DNA of 64,000 nt from an uncultured Planctomycetaceae bacterium (GCA_963976765.1 CAXBME010000001.1:434001-498000); one strand, 5' to 3'; shown: positions 1-10,464, counted from the first letter of the stretch. Translations and numbers: made by a program. Notes: a model not told the origin generated them from the sequence alone.

Positions 1-1
1 G

Positions 2-106
2 CAAAGCCTCAACACCACCGGCGCCGAGTGGGAACAGGAACACAAACCCGCCGGCATGAAAACCGCAGCCCCCGGCATCAACCCCAGCCGCTGGGGCGAC
101 TGCTGA
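2..106 (+). CDS. Possible 3' end of a gene running in from outside the window
   Basis: Open frame from base 2 (QSLNTTGAEWEQEHKPAGMKTAAPGINPSRWGDC*) with C/G-rich third codon positions; no family recognised. Confidence 0.35.
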   Translation, partial: QSLNTTGAEWEQEHKPAGMKTAAPGINPSRWGDC

Positions 107-387
107 TGCGCTGGTTGCTGCTGGACGCGGTCAGTTGCCTCGCCGTTTACAGCCTGGTGAATAGCACCCAGCAGCCTGTCGAATAACATCGCCCCCTCAG
201 TTCAACGTGTGCTGCTGGCCCTGCCTGTGCGGAATGTCCTGCAAACGCCGAACACAAACAGCACTGGCCGAGCCAGTGGCACACTTTTTCAACAGGCCGT
301 TCAGCCATCATTACAGGACACGACTGGATTGTAAGTTCCTATGGAGCGACTCTCGGCCAGCTTTTATACAGGAGCCTTTCGCTGATC

Positions 388-2172
388 ATGACTCAACAAA
401 AATCGGTCTGCCTGATTCTTCTGCTTTCCATTTGCCTGGCAACAAAACTGGTCCGAGGTGCAGGGCCGAAAGATGACGCGGCTGCAACGAAGGCCTTTCA
501 CCAGTTGCTCGACAACGAGTGGCAGTGGACTCTGCATGATGATCCGGAGTTTGCGTCGTGGCTGGGGGATCATCGGTACGACAACCGATGGCAGAATGTC
601 AGCCTGGAGGCTATCGGCAGGCGGCATGAATACCGGCAGTCGGTGCTGGATGATCTGGCGAAGATCGACTTGACGCTGTTGTCGAAGCAGGATCGCATCA
701 GCTACGAGCTGTTTCGTGGTCAATATCAGAACGAGATTGACGCCTTCAGGTTTGGCTGGCATCTGGTGCCGCTGACTCAGCGCGGCGGCATTCAGGATTC
801 CAGTTCGCTGGCCTCGTCGCTGCGGTTTGAGACGGTCGAGGATTACGAGGCGTGGAATCAGCGGCTCTTCAGTTTTCCAGAATTCATGGATCAGACGCTG
901 GCTCTGATGCAGGAAGGTGTTGACCGGAAGATTGTTCACTCGCGAGCTGTGATGACTCGTTTGCCGGCTCAGATTCGGCAGCAGATTGTCGAGGATCCGA
1001 CGAGAAGCCTGTTCTACAAACCGTTTCGCCATATACCGAAGTCGATTCCGGTCGAGAAGCAGGATGAGCTGAAGTCTGGTGCCGAGCTGTTTATTAAAAC
1101 TCGCGTCGTGCCTGCTTATGAAAAAATGCTTCGGTTCTTCGAAGACGTTTATCTTCCGGCGTGTTTCGAACAAGAAGGTGTGTGGCAGATTCCGAATGGC
1201 AAAGAGTTTTACGCCTTGCGGGCTCGGCAGTTCACGACGACGGATTTGACGCCGCAGCAGATTCACGACATCGGGCAGCGCGAGGTGAAGCGAATCCGCG
1301 GCGAGATGGAAGGCGTCATGCGGGAAGTCGGCTTCGAAGGGACGTTTCCGGAGTTTCTGGAGCATCTCCGCAGCGACCCGAAGTTTTACTACAACGATCC
1401 GAACAAGCTTCTCGCCGAGTACAAAGCGATCTGCCGCCGCATTGATCCCAAGTTGCCGAAAATGTTCGGTCGGCTTCCGCGACGACCGTATCAGCTGGAG
1501 CCGATTCCGGAACACCTCGCCCCCGACACGACAACCGCTTACTACCGCCCGCCTTCGGCCGATGGGGGCCGCGACGGAACGTACTTTGTGAATCTCTACC
1601 GCCCGGAAACGCGACCGAAGTACGAGATGGAGGTTCTGTCAGTTCACGAGGCCGTGCCGGGGCATCATCTTCAGATCGCGATTGCTCAGGAGCTGGAAGG
1701 AATCCCGGAGTTTCGCCGGTACGGTGGCTACACCGCCTTTATCGAAGGCTGGGGACTTTATTCCGAGAGGCTTGGTTACGAGCTGGGCCTTTACAAGGAT
1801 CCGTACTCACGATTCGGGCAATTGACGTACGACATGTGGCGAGCGGTTCGCCTGGTCGTTGATACCGGAATTCATGACCAGGGCTGGTCCCGGCAACAGG
1901 CGATCGACTTCTTCGCCGCCAACGCTGCGAAATCGATGCACGACATCGAGAACGAAATCGATCGCTACATCGCGTGGCCGGGTCAGGCACTGGCTTACAA
2001 AATCGGCCAGTTAAGAATCCTGGAGCTTCGTCGGAAAGCGGAAGCAGAACTCGGCGACAAATTCAAACTGCAAGACTTCCACGACACGATTCTCGGCCAG
2101 GGAGCCGTCACGTTGAACGTGCTGGATGGCATCGTTAAGGATTGGATCACCGAGCGAAAAGTGGCAAAGTGA
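388..2172 (+). CDS. DUF885 family secreted protein (putative metallopeptidase-like)
   Basis: 594 aa, N-terminal signal peptide, HEAVPGHHLQ, EGWGLYSE, RLVVDTG and PGQALAYKIG motifs typical of DUF885; GGAG RBS upstream. Confidence 0.92.
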   Translation: MTQQKSVCLILLLSICLATKLVRGAGPKDDAAATKAFHQLLDNEWQWTLHDDPEFASWLGDHRYDNRWQNVSLEAIGRRHEYRQSVLDDLAKIDLTLLSKQDRISYELFRGQYQNEIDAFRFGWHLVPLTQRGGIQDSSSLASSLRFETVEDYEAWNQRLFSFPEFMDQTLALMQEGVDRKIVHSRAVMTRLPAQIRQQIVEDPTRSLFYKPFRHIPKSIPVEKQDELKSGAELFIKTRVVPAYEKMLRFFEDVYLPACFEQEGVWQIPNGKEFYALRARQFTTTDLTPQQIHDIGQREVKRIRGEMEGVMREVGFEGTFPEFLEHLRSDPKFYYNDPNKLLAEYKAICRRIDPKLPKMFGRLPRRPYQLEPIPEHLAPDTTTAYYRPPSADGGRDGTYFVNLYRPETRPKYEMEVLSVHEAVPGHHLQIAIAQELEGIPEFRRYGGYTAFIEGWGLYSERLGYELGLYKDPYSRFGQLTYDMWRAVRLVVDTGIHDQGWSRQQAIDFFAANAAKSMHDIENEIDRYIAWPGQALAYKIGQLRILELRRKAEAELGDKFKLQDFHDTILGQGAVTLNVLDGIVKDWITERKVAK

Positions 2173-2290
2173 ATCCAACGAGCATTTTCGGCGACTGGAA
2201 CTGGCGGAACGACGTTCCGGAAGTGGTGTCGAGAATCCTGAGTTTGCCGCAACGGCGCGAAGGTTGTTTCCGCCGCCGGTCGCGCGCACC

Positions 2291-2539
2291 TCACCGTTCA
2301 GCAGATTCTGGCTCGAAACCGGGCGATTCGGCGAAGTCTGGCTCGTCAGAAACAACGTCCTTCAGCGGCGGGGGCGGGACGGAATAGTAGACGGAGCTGC
2401 CGGATGCCATTGGGGGAGAGTGTCGGTTAAGTCGCCACAGGCGGTGGGGTTTCAGGTTGTGCAGCAGGCTTTCGCAACCTGTCGCGGATCCCAGAGCCAG
2501 GCCGGCAAGAACGAGCGGAATTAAACGGGAGGCGGGCAT
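2291..2539 (-). CDS. Small putative lipoprotein (82 aa)
   Basis: ATG at 2539 with GGAG upstream; MPASRLIPLVLAGLALGSATGC is a signal peptide with lipobox. Confidence 0.65.
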   Translation of the reverse strand: MPASRLIPLVLAGLALGSATGCESLLHNLKPHRLWRLNRHSPPMASGSSVYYSVPPPPLKDVVSDEPDFAESPGFEPESAER

Positions 2540-2777
2540 GGTGTGACTCCGATAGAGTCTCTGAGGATGGGATATGGCGTGCAGAATGCGGGAATTGCGG
2601 ATCACGCCAGGATGGGAGTCACAGTCTAAGGCCCATCCGAAAATGCGTGAAGATGAGCTTCCGACCGTCAACTTTGCCCGGAGTTCGATGGTTTCGAATT
2701 CTCGAAAAAAGCTACCAAATCTTCTGATAATCCTTCAGAAACCCACTATCTCTGGGTAGATGGATTGATTCAGGCGA

Positions 2778-2786
2778 TGGTATAGT
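2778..2786 (+). promoter_or_regulatory. Extended -10 promoter candidate for rpsA (TGgTATAGT)
   Basis: TG-n-TATAGT about 425 nt upstream of the rpsA start. Confidence 0.4.
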
Positions 2787-3210
2787 CCTCGGCTCGTCCA
2801 AGTGACGAAAGCGGCGTTTGCCCTGCGGTTTTCGGAACGTGCGTTCCGGACAGGGTAGACACTAACCCTTAGCAACTGACGATGGTGCCTGCATGACGTG
2901 TGTCGACCGACAGCTCTGCTGATCTGGTGACATGCGTTTTTTTGTTGGGTGCCTGCCAGTCCGCGGGATTCAGACAAGGATCTGAGTCGGCCGCAAGGAA
3001 TCGTCTGCCAGACAAGACTGATTCGCCCCTCACACTGCACGTTTCATTGCCCGAAACAGTGTTGAGCAACGAGGTGCAACGTCTTCCTGACTACGACGAA
3101 CTGACTGATGCATGCTCCACAGCAGCCACACTGACTGCTCTTTCCGGACGGATTTCGTACCCCCAAAGAAGAAGTAGAGTTGCTGACTAAAACGATGAGT
3201 GAGAGTCTAG

Positions 3211-5166
3211 ATGGTTGACCGTAACCTGCTGCGTGAGTTCCACATTCCCGACGAAGTGCTTGATGCGGAATTCCGCCAGGCCATGGATGCTGCCGGCGTT
3301 GGCGACGACGATGTTGATGATCTCGAAGCTTATTATGACCTGGCGCCGATGGCTTTTGACCCCGGCAAGATTGTTCCGGGAAAAGTGATCCGACTCGAAG
3401 GCGACGACGTGCTCGTCGATGTCGGCTACAAGAGTGAAGGCGTGGTTTCCCTTGACGAGTGGAATGACCAGGCCGTCAAGCCAAAGCCAGGCGACGAAAT
3501 CGAAGTTCTGCTCGAAGACTTCGAAGACGAATTCGGTCTGGTCATGCTTTCGAAGCGGAAAGCCGACCGGATTCGCGAGTGGGAAAAAATCATCAATACC
3601 CACGCCGAAGGCGATGTCGTCAAAGGCAACGTTGTTCGCAAAATCAAGGGCGGATTGCTGGTCAATATCGGCGTCAACGTCTTTCTGCCAGCCAGCCAGG
3701 TTGACATTCGTCGTCCGCCGGATATCGGACTTTACATCGATCGCGAGATCGAGTGCGTGATTCTGAAGATCGACGAAGCTCGACGAAACATCGTTGTTTC
3801 ACGTCGTAAGCTGATCGAAGAGCAACGCGAAAACCTCAAGAGAGACCTGCTGGACCAGCTGGTCGAAGGCGATACTCGCAAGGGGACCGTCAAGAACATC
3901 GCCGATTTCGGTGCGTTCGTGGATCTTGGTGGAATCGACGGCCTGCTCCATATCACCGATATGAGCTGGGGCCGAATCAGCCACCCGACGGACATGGTCA
4001 AGATCGACGACGAAATCGAAGTCAAGGTGCTGAACATCGATCGTGAACGCGAAAAGATCGCTCTCGGTCTGAAGCAACTGACTGCAAGTCCATGGGACGG
4101 CGTCGAAGCCAAATACCCGGTCAGCGAGCGGGTTAAGGGCGAAGTGGTCAACGTCATGACTTACGGTGCTTTCGTGAAACTGGAAGACGGCATCGAAGGT
4201 CTTGTCCACATTTCCGAAATGTCCTGGACCAAGCGAATCAATCACCCGACAGAGCTCGTTCAGATTGGCGACGAAGTCGAAGTGGTTGTGCTTGGCATCA
4301 ACAAGGACAAGCAGGAAATCTCGCTTGGCATGAAGCAGACTCAGCCGAACCCGTGGGACAACGTCACCGAGAAGTATCCGGAAGGCGCGAAAGTCACTGG
4401 TACCGTTCGAAACCTCACCAACTACGGTGCGTTCATCGAACTGGAAGAAGGCGTCGACGGGTTGCTTCACGTCAGCGACATGTCGTGGACGCGAAAGATT
4501 TCGCACGCCAACGAAATGCTGAAAAAGGGCACGGAAATCGAATGTCGCGTGCTTTCGGTCGACGAAGACCGCAAGCGTATCGCTCTTGGCCTGAAGCAGC
4601 TTTCTGAAGACCCTTGGGAAAACGATATCCCCAGCCGCTACCAGATCGACTCGATCGTCAAAGGGACGGTCACCAAGATCACCAACTTTGGTGTCTTTGT
4701 CGAACTGGAATCGGAACTCGAAGGTCTGCTGCACGTTTCTGAACTGGCCGATCACAAGGTCGAAAATCCAGAGACGCTGGTCAATGTTGGCGAAGAACTC
4801 GAAGTTCGAGTTCTCCGAGTCGACATCAGCGATCGTAAGATCGGCCTCAGTCGCAAACTGGATGCCATTTCGGCGGGAACTGAAGCAGGTGGAAGTGGCG
4901 GAGAAGGCGGTGGCGGCGGTACTGCTCAGATGGCATCCAATCAGCCGCTCAAGGGGGGGATCGGTGGCTCATCCGGCGGTCTGCTGATCAGCATGCCGGA
5001 AGCGGCTGCTGCCGAGGCACCAGCGGATGAAGAGCCAGTCGCCAGCGAAGAAGCACCAGCTGAAGAAGTCGCCAGCAAAGAAGTTGTTGCTGACGAGGTG
5101 GCACCTGAGGAGCCCGCAGCAGAGGATGCTTCGGAAGAAGCTGCCGAAGAGTCCAAAGACGAGTAA
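3211..5166 (+). CDS. rpsA: 30S ribosomal protein S1
   Basis: Six S1 repeats (DVGYKSEG, FLPASQVD, FGAFVDLGGIDGLLHITDMSW, GLVHISEMSW etc.) plus an acidic Ala/Glu/Pro-rich tail. Confidence 0.98.
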   Translation: MVDRNLLREFHIPDEVLDAEFRQAMDAAGVGDDDVDDLEAYYDLAPMAFDPGKIVPGKVIRLEGDDVLVDVGYKSEGVVSLDEWNDQAVKPKPGDEIEVLLEDFEDEFGLVMLSKRKADRIREWEKIINTHAEGDVVKGNVVRKIKGGLLVNIGVNVFLPASQVDIRRPPDIGLYIDREIECVILKIDEARRNIVVSRRKLIEEQRENLKRDLLDQLVEGDTRKGTVKNIADFGAFVDLGGIDGLLHITDMSWGRISHPTDMVKIDDEIEVKVLNIDREREKIALGLKQLTASPWDGVEAKYPVSERVKGEVVNVMTYGAFVKLEDGIEGLVHISEMSWTKRINHPTELVQIGDEVEVVVLGINKDKQEISLGMKQTQPNPWDNVTEKYPEGAKVTGTVRNLTNYGAFIELEEGVDGLLHVSDMSWTRKISHANEMLKKGTEIECRVLSVDEDRKRIALGLKQLSEDPWENDIPSRYQIDSIVKGTVTKITNFGVFVELESELEGLLHVSELADHKVENPETLVNVGEELEVRVLRVDISDRKIGLSRKLDAISAGTEAGGSGGEGGGGGTAQMASNQPLKGGIGGSSGGLLISMPEAAAAEAPADEEPVASEEAPAEEVASKEVVADEVAPEEPAAEDASEEAAEESKDE

Positions 5167-5310
5167 TCTGAATTCCGCCAACGGTCCACTGCTTTCTTCC
5201 GAAAGGGAGCAGTGGGCGAGGCGGGATTGACGAAAGCAAGTCCTGGTTCTGCAGAACAAAGGGGAAGTATCGATTACGCCAGTCAGGCCTGCTTCCTCAA
5301 GATCGACATA

Positions 5311-5349
5311 AACGGCCCGTCGGAACAATTCCGACGGGCCGTTACTTTT
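5311..5349 (+). terminator. Intrinsic terminator after rpsA
   Basis: Perfect 15-bp stem aacggcccgtcggaa-caa-ttccgacgggccgtt followed by acttttg. Confidence 0.8.
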
Positions 5350-5748
5350 GCGCCAGCCGCAAGGTACCCGTGGTCTTCCTGAATTCGCTCGCCGTTCAGG
5401 TCCAGCTCATCGAACCACGCGACCGATAAATCCTCTCAGTCTTCTCTGAAACTTCGACTCCAGCCACACAATACGAAGTCCATCCGTATTGGATGCTGGC
5501 AAAGACGTTGTTGTGCCGACTGAACACTGGTCCGCACGACAATCGGTCGACTTCATCTCAAGACTTCCGCAGACGGACGATTGCGGATTGCCGATCGAGT
5601 TTTCCCTTCACGTTTGACCCACTGAGTTACTTCAGCAGACCAGTCATCACTCGCAAGGATCGAACTGACTACTGTTGTGTGAACTCTGGTTCGGAACTCG
5701 CTTCTCTCCAGCTTCCCGAGCGACTCCAGACGAATCAGAAGGACATCC

Positions 5749-6597
5749 ATGTCGACTACAACCACAACGCGTCGTACTTCAGCCCGCTCTCGTGTCCAGA
5801 ACCCTCTGGAGACCTATCTCAAGGAAATCAACGAAACAGCTTTACTTTCTGCTGACGAAGAAAAGATGCTCTCACGTCGAATTTCTGCCGGCGACGGAGC
5901 CGCTCGGGACCGCATGGTTCGAGCCAACCTGCGACTCGTCGTTAATATCGCCCGTGCCTACACCGGTAAGGGACTGCCGCTTCAGGATCTGATCGAAGAA
6001 GGCAACCTCGGGCTGCTGCGTGCAGTGGAAGGTTTTGATCCCGACATGGGGACTCGCTTCAGTACCTACGCCAGTTACTGGATCAAGCAGTCAATCAAGC
6101 GAGCTTTGGTCAACTCGGCCAAGACAATCCGAATTCCCGCTTACATGGTCGAGCTGCTTTCGAAATGGCGACGAGCCACCGCGAAGCTCAGCGACCAGCT
6201 GGGACGCACACCGACTCCAGAAGAAGTCGCGCTGGAGCTGGAGATCCCGAAGAAGAAGCTGAAGATCGTCAAGAAGGCCATTGAACTCTACAACACAAAT
6301 CCGCAAACCGATCATCCGGACGGAACGTGGACACTCGGAGAAGTGCTGCCGGACGAGAAGAATAAAAGTCCTGACGACGAGCTGATGGAAAACGACAACC
6401 TGAAGCATGTCTTCAAGATGCTCGACAAGATGGACCCACGGGAAGCGACGATCCTCAGAATGCGATTTGGTCTCGACGACTCCGAGCCTAAAACTCTGAA
6501 AGAAATTGGCGAAGCACTCGGTCTGACCCGAGAACGAGTCCGCCAGATCGAAGGCGACGCCCTGAACAGGTTGAATCGCAGCCTCAATGGCGACTGA
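5749..6597 (+). CDS. RpoD/RpoS-family sigma-70 factor lacking region 1.1
   Basis: YLKEI (region 1.2), NLRLVVNIA, DLIEEGNLGL, RFSTYASYWIKQ (region 2), TLKEIGEALGLTRERVRQIE (region 4.2). Confidence 0.95.
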   Translation: MSTTTTTRRTSARSRVQNPLETYLKEINETALLSADEEKMLSRRISAGDGAARDRMVRANLRLVVNIARAYTGKGLPLQDLIEEGNLGLLRAVEGFDPDMGTRFSTYASYWIKQSIKRALVNSAKTIRIPAYMVELLSKWRRATAKLSDQLGRTPTPEEVALELEIPKKKLKIVKKAIELYNTNPQTDHPDGTWTLGEVLPDEKNKSPDDELMENDNLKHVFKMLDKMDPREATILRMRFGLDDSEPKTLKEIGEALGLTRERVRQIEGDALNRLNRSLNGD

Positions 6598-6629
6598 GTG
6601 AGTCGTTCGAACATCTGCAATAAAGAACA

Positions 6630-6673
6630 AAAACAGCCCGGCGATCATTGATCACCGGGCTGTTTTCTTTTTT
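6630..6673. terminator. Bidirectional intrinsic terminator between convergent genes
   Basis: aaaacagcccgg...ccgggctgtttt stem with an A-rich tract before and a T-tract after. Confidence 0.85.
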
Positions 6674-6705
6674 CCACATGCCTGTTGCTGCTGCTTTTAC
6701 CGTTG

Positions 6706-8364
6706 TTACTTTCCGCCCGGAACGGCGTCCTGAAGAGCACCGGTTGTTTTCTTGATTTGGCCACGTACGCCGTTCAGAGTATCAAGAGTGTTCTGCTGAT
6801 CCTGACGGACGCCAGCTTCGAAATCTTCCGGAGCGGCATTTGGTGGTAGCCCCTCCTGAGTTGTCTCTGCCGTTGCCGGTGGATTCAGCGACTCGGCGTT
6901 CGTGGTCGTTTCGCCAGAACCAGCTGCTGCCTGATGTTTGAACTGCTGCGTCATGCCCTGAAGCATCATTGCGGCGAGCGGGTTGGCAGCGATTGCTTCC
7001 TGCACGGCGGTCGTGATTCGGCCAGGAATCTGCATTGCCAGGTCGACCTCGTCGCCGCTTTTCTTTGCGCTCAACGAATCAATCGTCTCCTTACCGATTG
7101 CCGCGAAATCCGCAAACTGCGGAGGTATCTGACCGGTCGACGATTCAAACTGTGTTTTAACCTCGGCTAACGCTGTGTCGAGGTCGGTTTTCAGTGCGTC
7201 GGCCTCAGACGACGAGAAGCACTGCATTTGTACTTCCATTTTGATATCTGAGGTCAGACTCAAGCCAAACGCGAACGCTTTCGTGTTTTCGTCCAGTGAC
7301 TTCTGAACTTTCTGCAAAGCCGGACTTGCTGATGGAGTTGAGGATTGAACCTGACTTCGAGCTTCCGCATCCAGCAGTTTTGGCGGCGCGACGACGAACA
7401 GGAGCTGGTGTCCGGGGTTCACAAAGTCAATCCGGCGAACACGTGGCTCCGTCGACCCTCGGTCCATCGCCGCGGTCACTTGCCCTTCCTGCCCGACAAG
7501 CATTGTTCGAGCGTCAGCCAGGTAGATGGCCTGACCGTCCGGCGCCGAGTAGTAGCTCTTTCCACCGTGGTCTTTTTTTCGACTCTCGGCATTGTCACCC
7601 AGATCTGCGACCGTCACGTCTCTTTTGAATCGCACAACGCCGATCATTTTGGCGTCTGCTTTCTTCGCGATGGTCGGTCTGCCGGTGCGATTACCGAGAA
7701 AGCCGACTCGTTGCTGGTAGGTGTCCGACATATCCAGCCCGGCCATCGTGACGGAGTCGATGTCCGCCAAACCAATCTTCACGCCGCCCTGCTGAGTGGC
7801 CTGCTCCATCATCAGCTTGACAGTTTCATTGTCTCGAACATCGGCGAGCATCGGAGCATTCCACAGTTCGTCCGGTTCGACTTTCACAAAAAGGTCGGCG
7901 TCTTCAGGCAGCCAGGCGAGATTGATGACGTTACTTCCGCCGCTCCCGATGGCCGTCACCACAACTCCCACCAGGCCACCAAGAACCAGTACGCCTGCCA
8001 GTCCAAAAGCCACATACATCAGCCACGGTGGAAGCCCTGCAGATTTCTTCTTTTTCTTCTTCGACGATTTCGTTGAGGATTTTGTCGACGACGACCTCTT
8101 CGGAGCTGGCTCGTAGTCTTCGTACTGCCCATCGTCGCCGTAATCGTCGTACGCCTGGTCATCGTATTCGTCGTAGGAGCCGTAGTCCGGATCGTCGCCG
8201 TACTCGTCTTCCGGTTCTTCGACGACAGGTTTCGCCTTCTTCTTATAAGGCTTCACCGTGAACGGCTGGCGGCACTGGGGGCACGCCGTCTTTTTGCCGA
8301 ATGCCGCTTCGGATTTCAGTTTCAACGTCTTGCCGCAGTTGGGGCACTTCGTCATCGCAGGCAT
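6706..8364 (-). CDS. Hypothetical bitopic membrane protein with N-terminal Zn ribbon
   Basis: CPNC...CPQC, acidic D/Y-rich linker, poly-K, one TM helix, large C-terminal domain; GGAG RBS. Confidence 0.85.
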   Translation of the reverse strand: MPAMTKCPNCGKTLKLKSEAAFGKKTACPQCRQPFTVKPYKKKAKPVVEEPEDEYGDDPDYGSYDEYDDQAYDDYGDDGQYEDYEPAPKRSSSTKSSTKSSKKKKKKSAGLPPWLMYVAFGLAGVLVLGGLVGVVVTAIGSGGSNVINLAWLPEDADLFVKVEPDELWNAPMLADVRDNETVKLMMEQATQQGGVKIGLADIDSVTMAGLDMSDTYQQRVGFLGNRTGRPTIAKKADAKMIGVVRFKRDVTVADLGDNAESRKKDHGGKSYYSAPDGQAIYLADARTMLVGQEGQVTAAMDRGSTEPRVRRIDFVNPGHQLLFVVAPPKLLDAEARSQVQSSTPSASPALQKVQKSLDENTKAFAFGLSLTSDIKMEVQMQCFSSSEADALKTDLDTALAEVKTQFESSTGQIPPQFADFAAIGKETIDSLSAKKSGDEVDLAMQIPGRITTAVQEAIAANPLAAMMLQGMTQQFKHQAAAGSGETTTNAESLNPPATAETTQEGLPPNAAPEDFEAGVRQDQQNTLDTLNGVRGQIKKTTGALQDAVPGGK

Positions 8365-8499
8365 GGATCACTCCGGACGGGAAAAGAGATGCCACAAACG
8401 TAACATCGCTGACAAGCACCGTCTACGGCGTGACCCACACCATTGATTAACCTTCGATTTCACAAACCGTGTCAAGAATCACGTTCGAGCACTAATCTG

Positions 8500-9426
8500 C
8501 TAAAACGCACCGACCAGTTCGTCGCCTGCTCGAGTTGCCAGAGCTTTCCACACGCCCTCGTCAAGCGTTGACCCCACAAAATGAACAGCCCCATCTGCGG
8601 CCAACATATGACATCCGCCAATGTGTGGGCTGCTGAAATCGTCGAGGTGACCATTTTCATGATTCGGAGTATGGTCAGCGATACCCAGAGTTCTGGCTAA
8701 TGCCTCTTCTCCGTCAGCGGGTGCTCCGACCCATGTCGAGTTGAAATCGCCAGGATCCCCTGAGCGACGCTCTCCGGCCATGAACGTGCTGCTTTGCCCG
8801 TCTGTGAAATCACGAAATCGAGTGGCACTGTTGTGGTATAAGGCTCCGTCTCCGATGCACTGTTGATTGGGAGTCAGTTCGCAGTCTTCGAGTTCAAGCG
8901 TCCCGAAGTGCCCGACGTAATTGGAACTCGAAAGTTTGATCAGAAAGTTCCCCATTTCGTCGTCCAGATCCCACGTATCCTGAGCCGTGTCGGAAGGGCA
9001 ACGATAGACCTGAAGTATCTTCTGCGTTGGTGCATCATTCGCGGGATTGTTCGCCGGATCGAGTAGCGAAACTTTCGTGTTGAACTCCTGATAAAGCGGA
9101 GCCTGGTCAACCATCGGCAGAATAAAAGTACCCCAGCCAAACGAGTTCATTCCGCTGATGTGTTGAGTTCTGGTTGCCAGATCGACTCCGACAAAGCCAG
9201 GCGGCAATGTCTGATGCACATCGTGGTAATTATGCAGACCAATGCCGATCTGTTTCAGATTGCTTTTGCACTGAGCCCGTCGAGCGGCCTCCCTTGCCTG
9301 CTGCACAGCCGGCAGCAGCAGTGCTACCAGGATGGCAATGATCGCGATGACGACCAGCAGTTCGATTAATGTAAAACCTTTTCGTGACTTCGAGCCGCTC
9401 GGTGCGGCAATGACTGACTGACTCAC
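8500..9426 (-). CDS. DUF1559 prepilin-type N-methylation domain protein (H-X9-DG-CTERM type)
   Basis: [50 protein letters not shown]-terminal [14 protein letters not shown]. Confidence 0.95.
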   Translation of the reverse strand: MSQSVIAAPSGSKSRKGFTLIELLVVIAIIAILVALLLPAVQQAREAARRAQCKSNLKQIGIGLHNYHDVHQTLPPGFVGVDLATRTQHISGMNSFGWGTFILPMVDQAPLYQEFNTKVSLLDPANNPANDAPTQKILQVYRCPSDTAQDTWDLDDEMGNFLIKLSSSNYVGHFGTLELEDCELTPNQQCIGDGALYHNSATRFRDFTDGQSSTFMAGERRSGDPGDFNSTWVGAPADGEEALARTLGIADHTPNHENGHLDDFSSPHIGGCHMLAADGAVHFVGSTLDEGVWKALATRAGDELVGAF

Positions 9427-9463
9427 AGAATTCTCCCAATGAAAAACGAGACAAAAACAGATA

Positions 9464-9503
9464 GTGGAAAATGAAATAGAATTTCCGGAGCAAGCTCCGG
9501 AAA
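9464..9503 (-). terminator. Terminator/attenuator-like hairpin in the leader of the DUF1559 gene
   Basis: Perfect inverted repeat tttccggagc-aa-gctccggaaa (9482-9503), followed on the minus strand by TTCTATTTCATTTT. Confidence 0.55.
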
Positions 9504-9812
9504 AGTGATCACTGTTCGTGGACTGCGCATCGACCCCTGCAAGCGCATCGGCATCTGCAAAATGGAGCCGTCTTCGCGTAAGGCACCTCTCAGCCTGAGT
9601 GGCTAAGAAAACCTTCCAGTCGCTTTCGCAGACGCTGCCGCAGGATGATCGTCAAGAATATCCGCGAACGAGCTCACGAGAATCAGCGGCGCAAGCTGGC
9701 AACAATCGGAGCGTCCCTGTCGGATCAAACGACTTGCATACAAAGCAAGCTTGACAGGTACTCATGACTGCGCAGCACGGCTGCAAAAGCGAATCAGTCC
9801 AGAATCTGCTCG

Positions 9813-10250
9813 TCAGACAGGGGGAGCGCGACCGCGAAGTGCATAACGTGCGGCGCTCTCTGGGGCCGCAGTGGGAGGCAGCTGTGCCTCGGCGATCAAA
9901 ACGTCGGAAGGAGCTACTTGAACAAGCGGAGTCGCCGCAAGCTCTAAAGCAATCAGATTACAAAGCGGGCAATCGCCCGAGACCGACGGCAGGTTGTCAG
10001 AACTCGTTTTATCGACTGGCTCTGAAGATTCCGAATGCTGGTGATCCGTGTGCCCGTGAACATGCCTATGAACATGACCGTGCGCATGGGTGTGCGTGGT
10101 GCTCGAATGAGAATGCCACGTTGTTCCGGCATCTGAATGAGCGACGCCATGATGACAATCATGCCCCGGATGGTGGATATGCACCGACGCCGAGAACCAC
10201 GCGAACGACCAGCTCGCAAGGATCATCAGAATGGAAAGTCGGCGAAGCAT
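9813..10250 (-). CDS. His-rich DUF2946/CruR-like protein with CxxC and C-terminal RAPP motif
   Basis: Hydrophobic N-terminus, 19 His in about 50 aa, DCPLC, ends RGRAPPV*. Confidence 0.8.
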   Translation of the reverse strand: MLRRLSILMILASWSFAWFSASVHIHHPGHDCHHGVAHSDAGTTWHSHSSTTHTHAHGHVHRHVHGHTDHQHSESSEPVDKTSSDNLPSVSGDCPLCNLIALELAATPLVQVAPSDVLIAEAQLPPTAAPESAARYALRGRAPPV

Positions 10251-10464
10251 GCAGTTTTCCGTGGGAAAGAACATCTCGTTTCGAAACGCGTCAAGAATCT
10301 AACGCGAATACGCTACTCAATTCAACACGTTGGATGCATAACTCATAAATCCTTCACAATCGGACGATTTTCATTCAGCTTCGTCATTGATCGTCCCCAG
10401 ACTGTATAAATTGCCGTTGGCAACGCTCGGAATTATCTGAATCCGTTCGGGGGCAGATCCCGGT

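Noticed and set aside
364..1515. Long antisense ORFs (e.g. 364-1515, 3799-4755, 33897-34766, 43160-43945, 54972-55871)
   Set aside because: Shadows of well-supported genes on the opposite strand, expected in GC-rich DNA; no recognisable motifs
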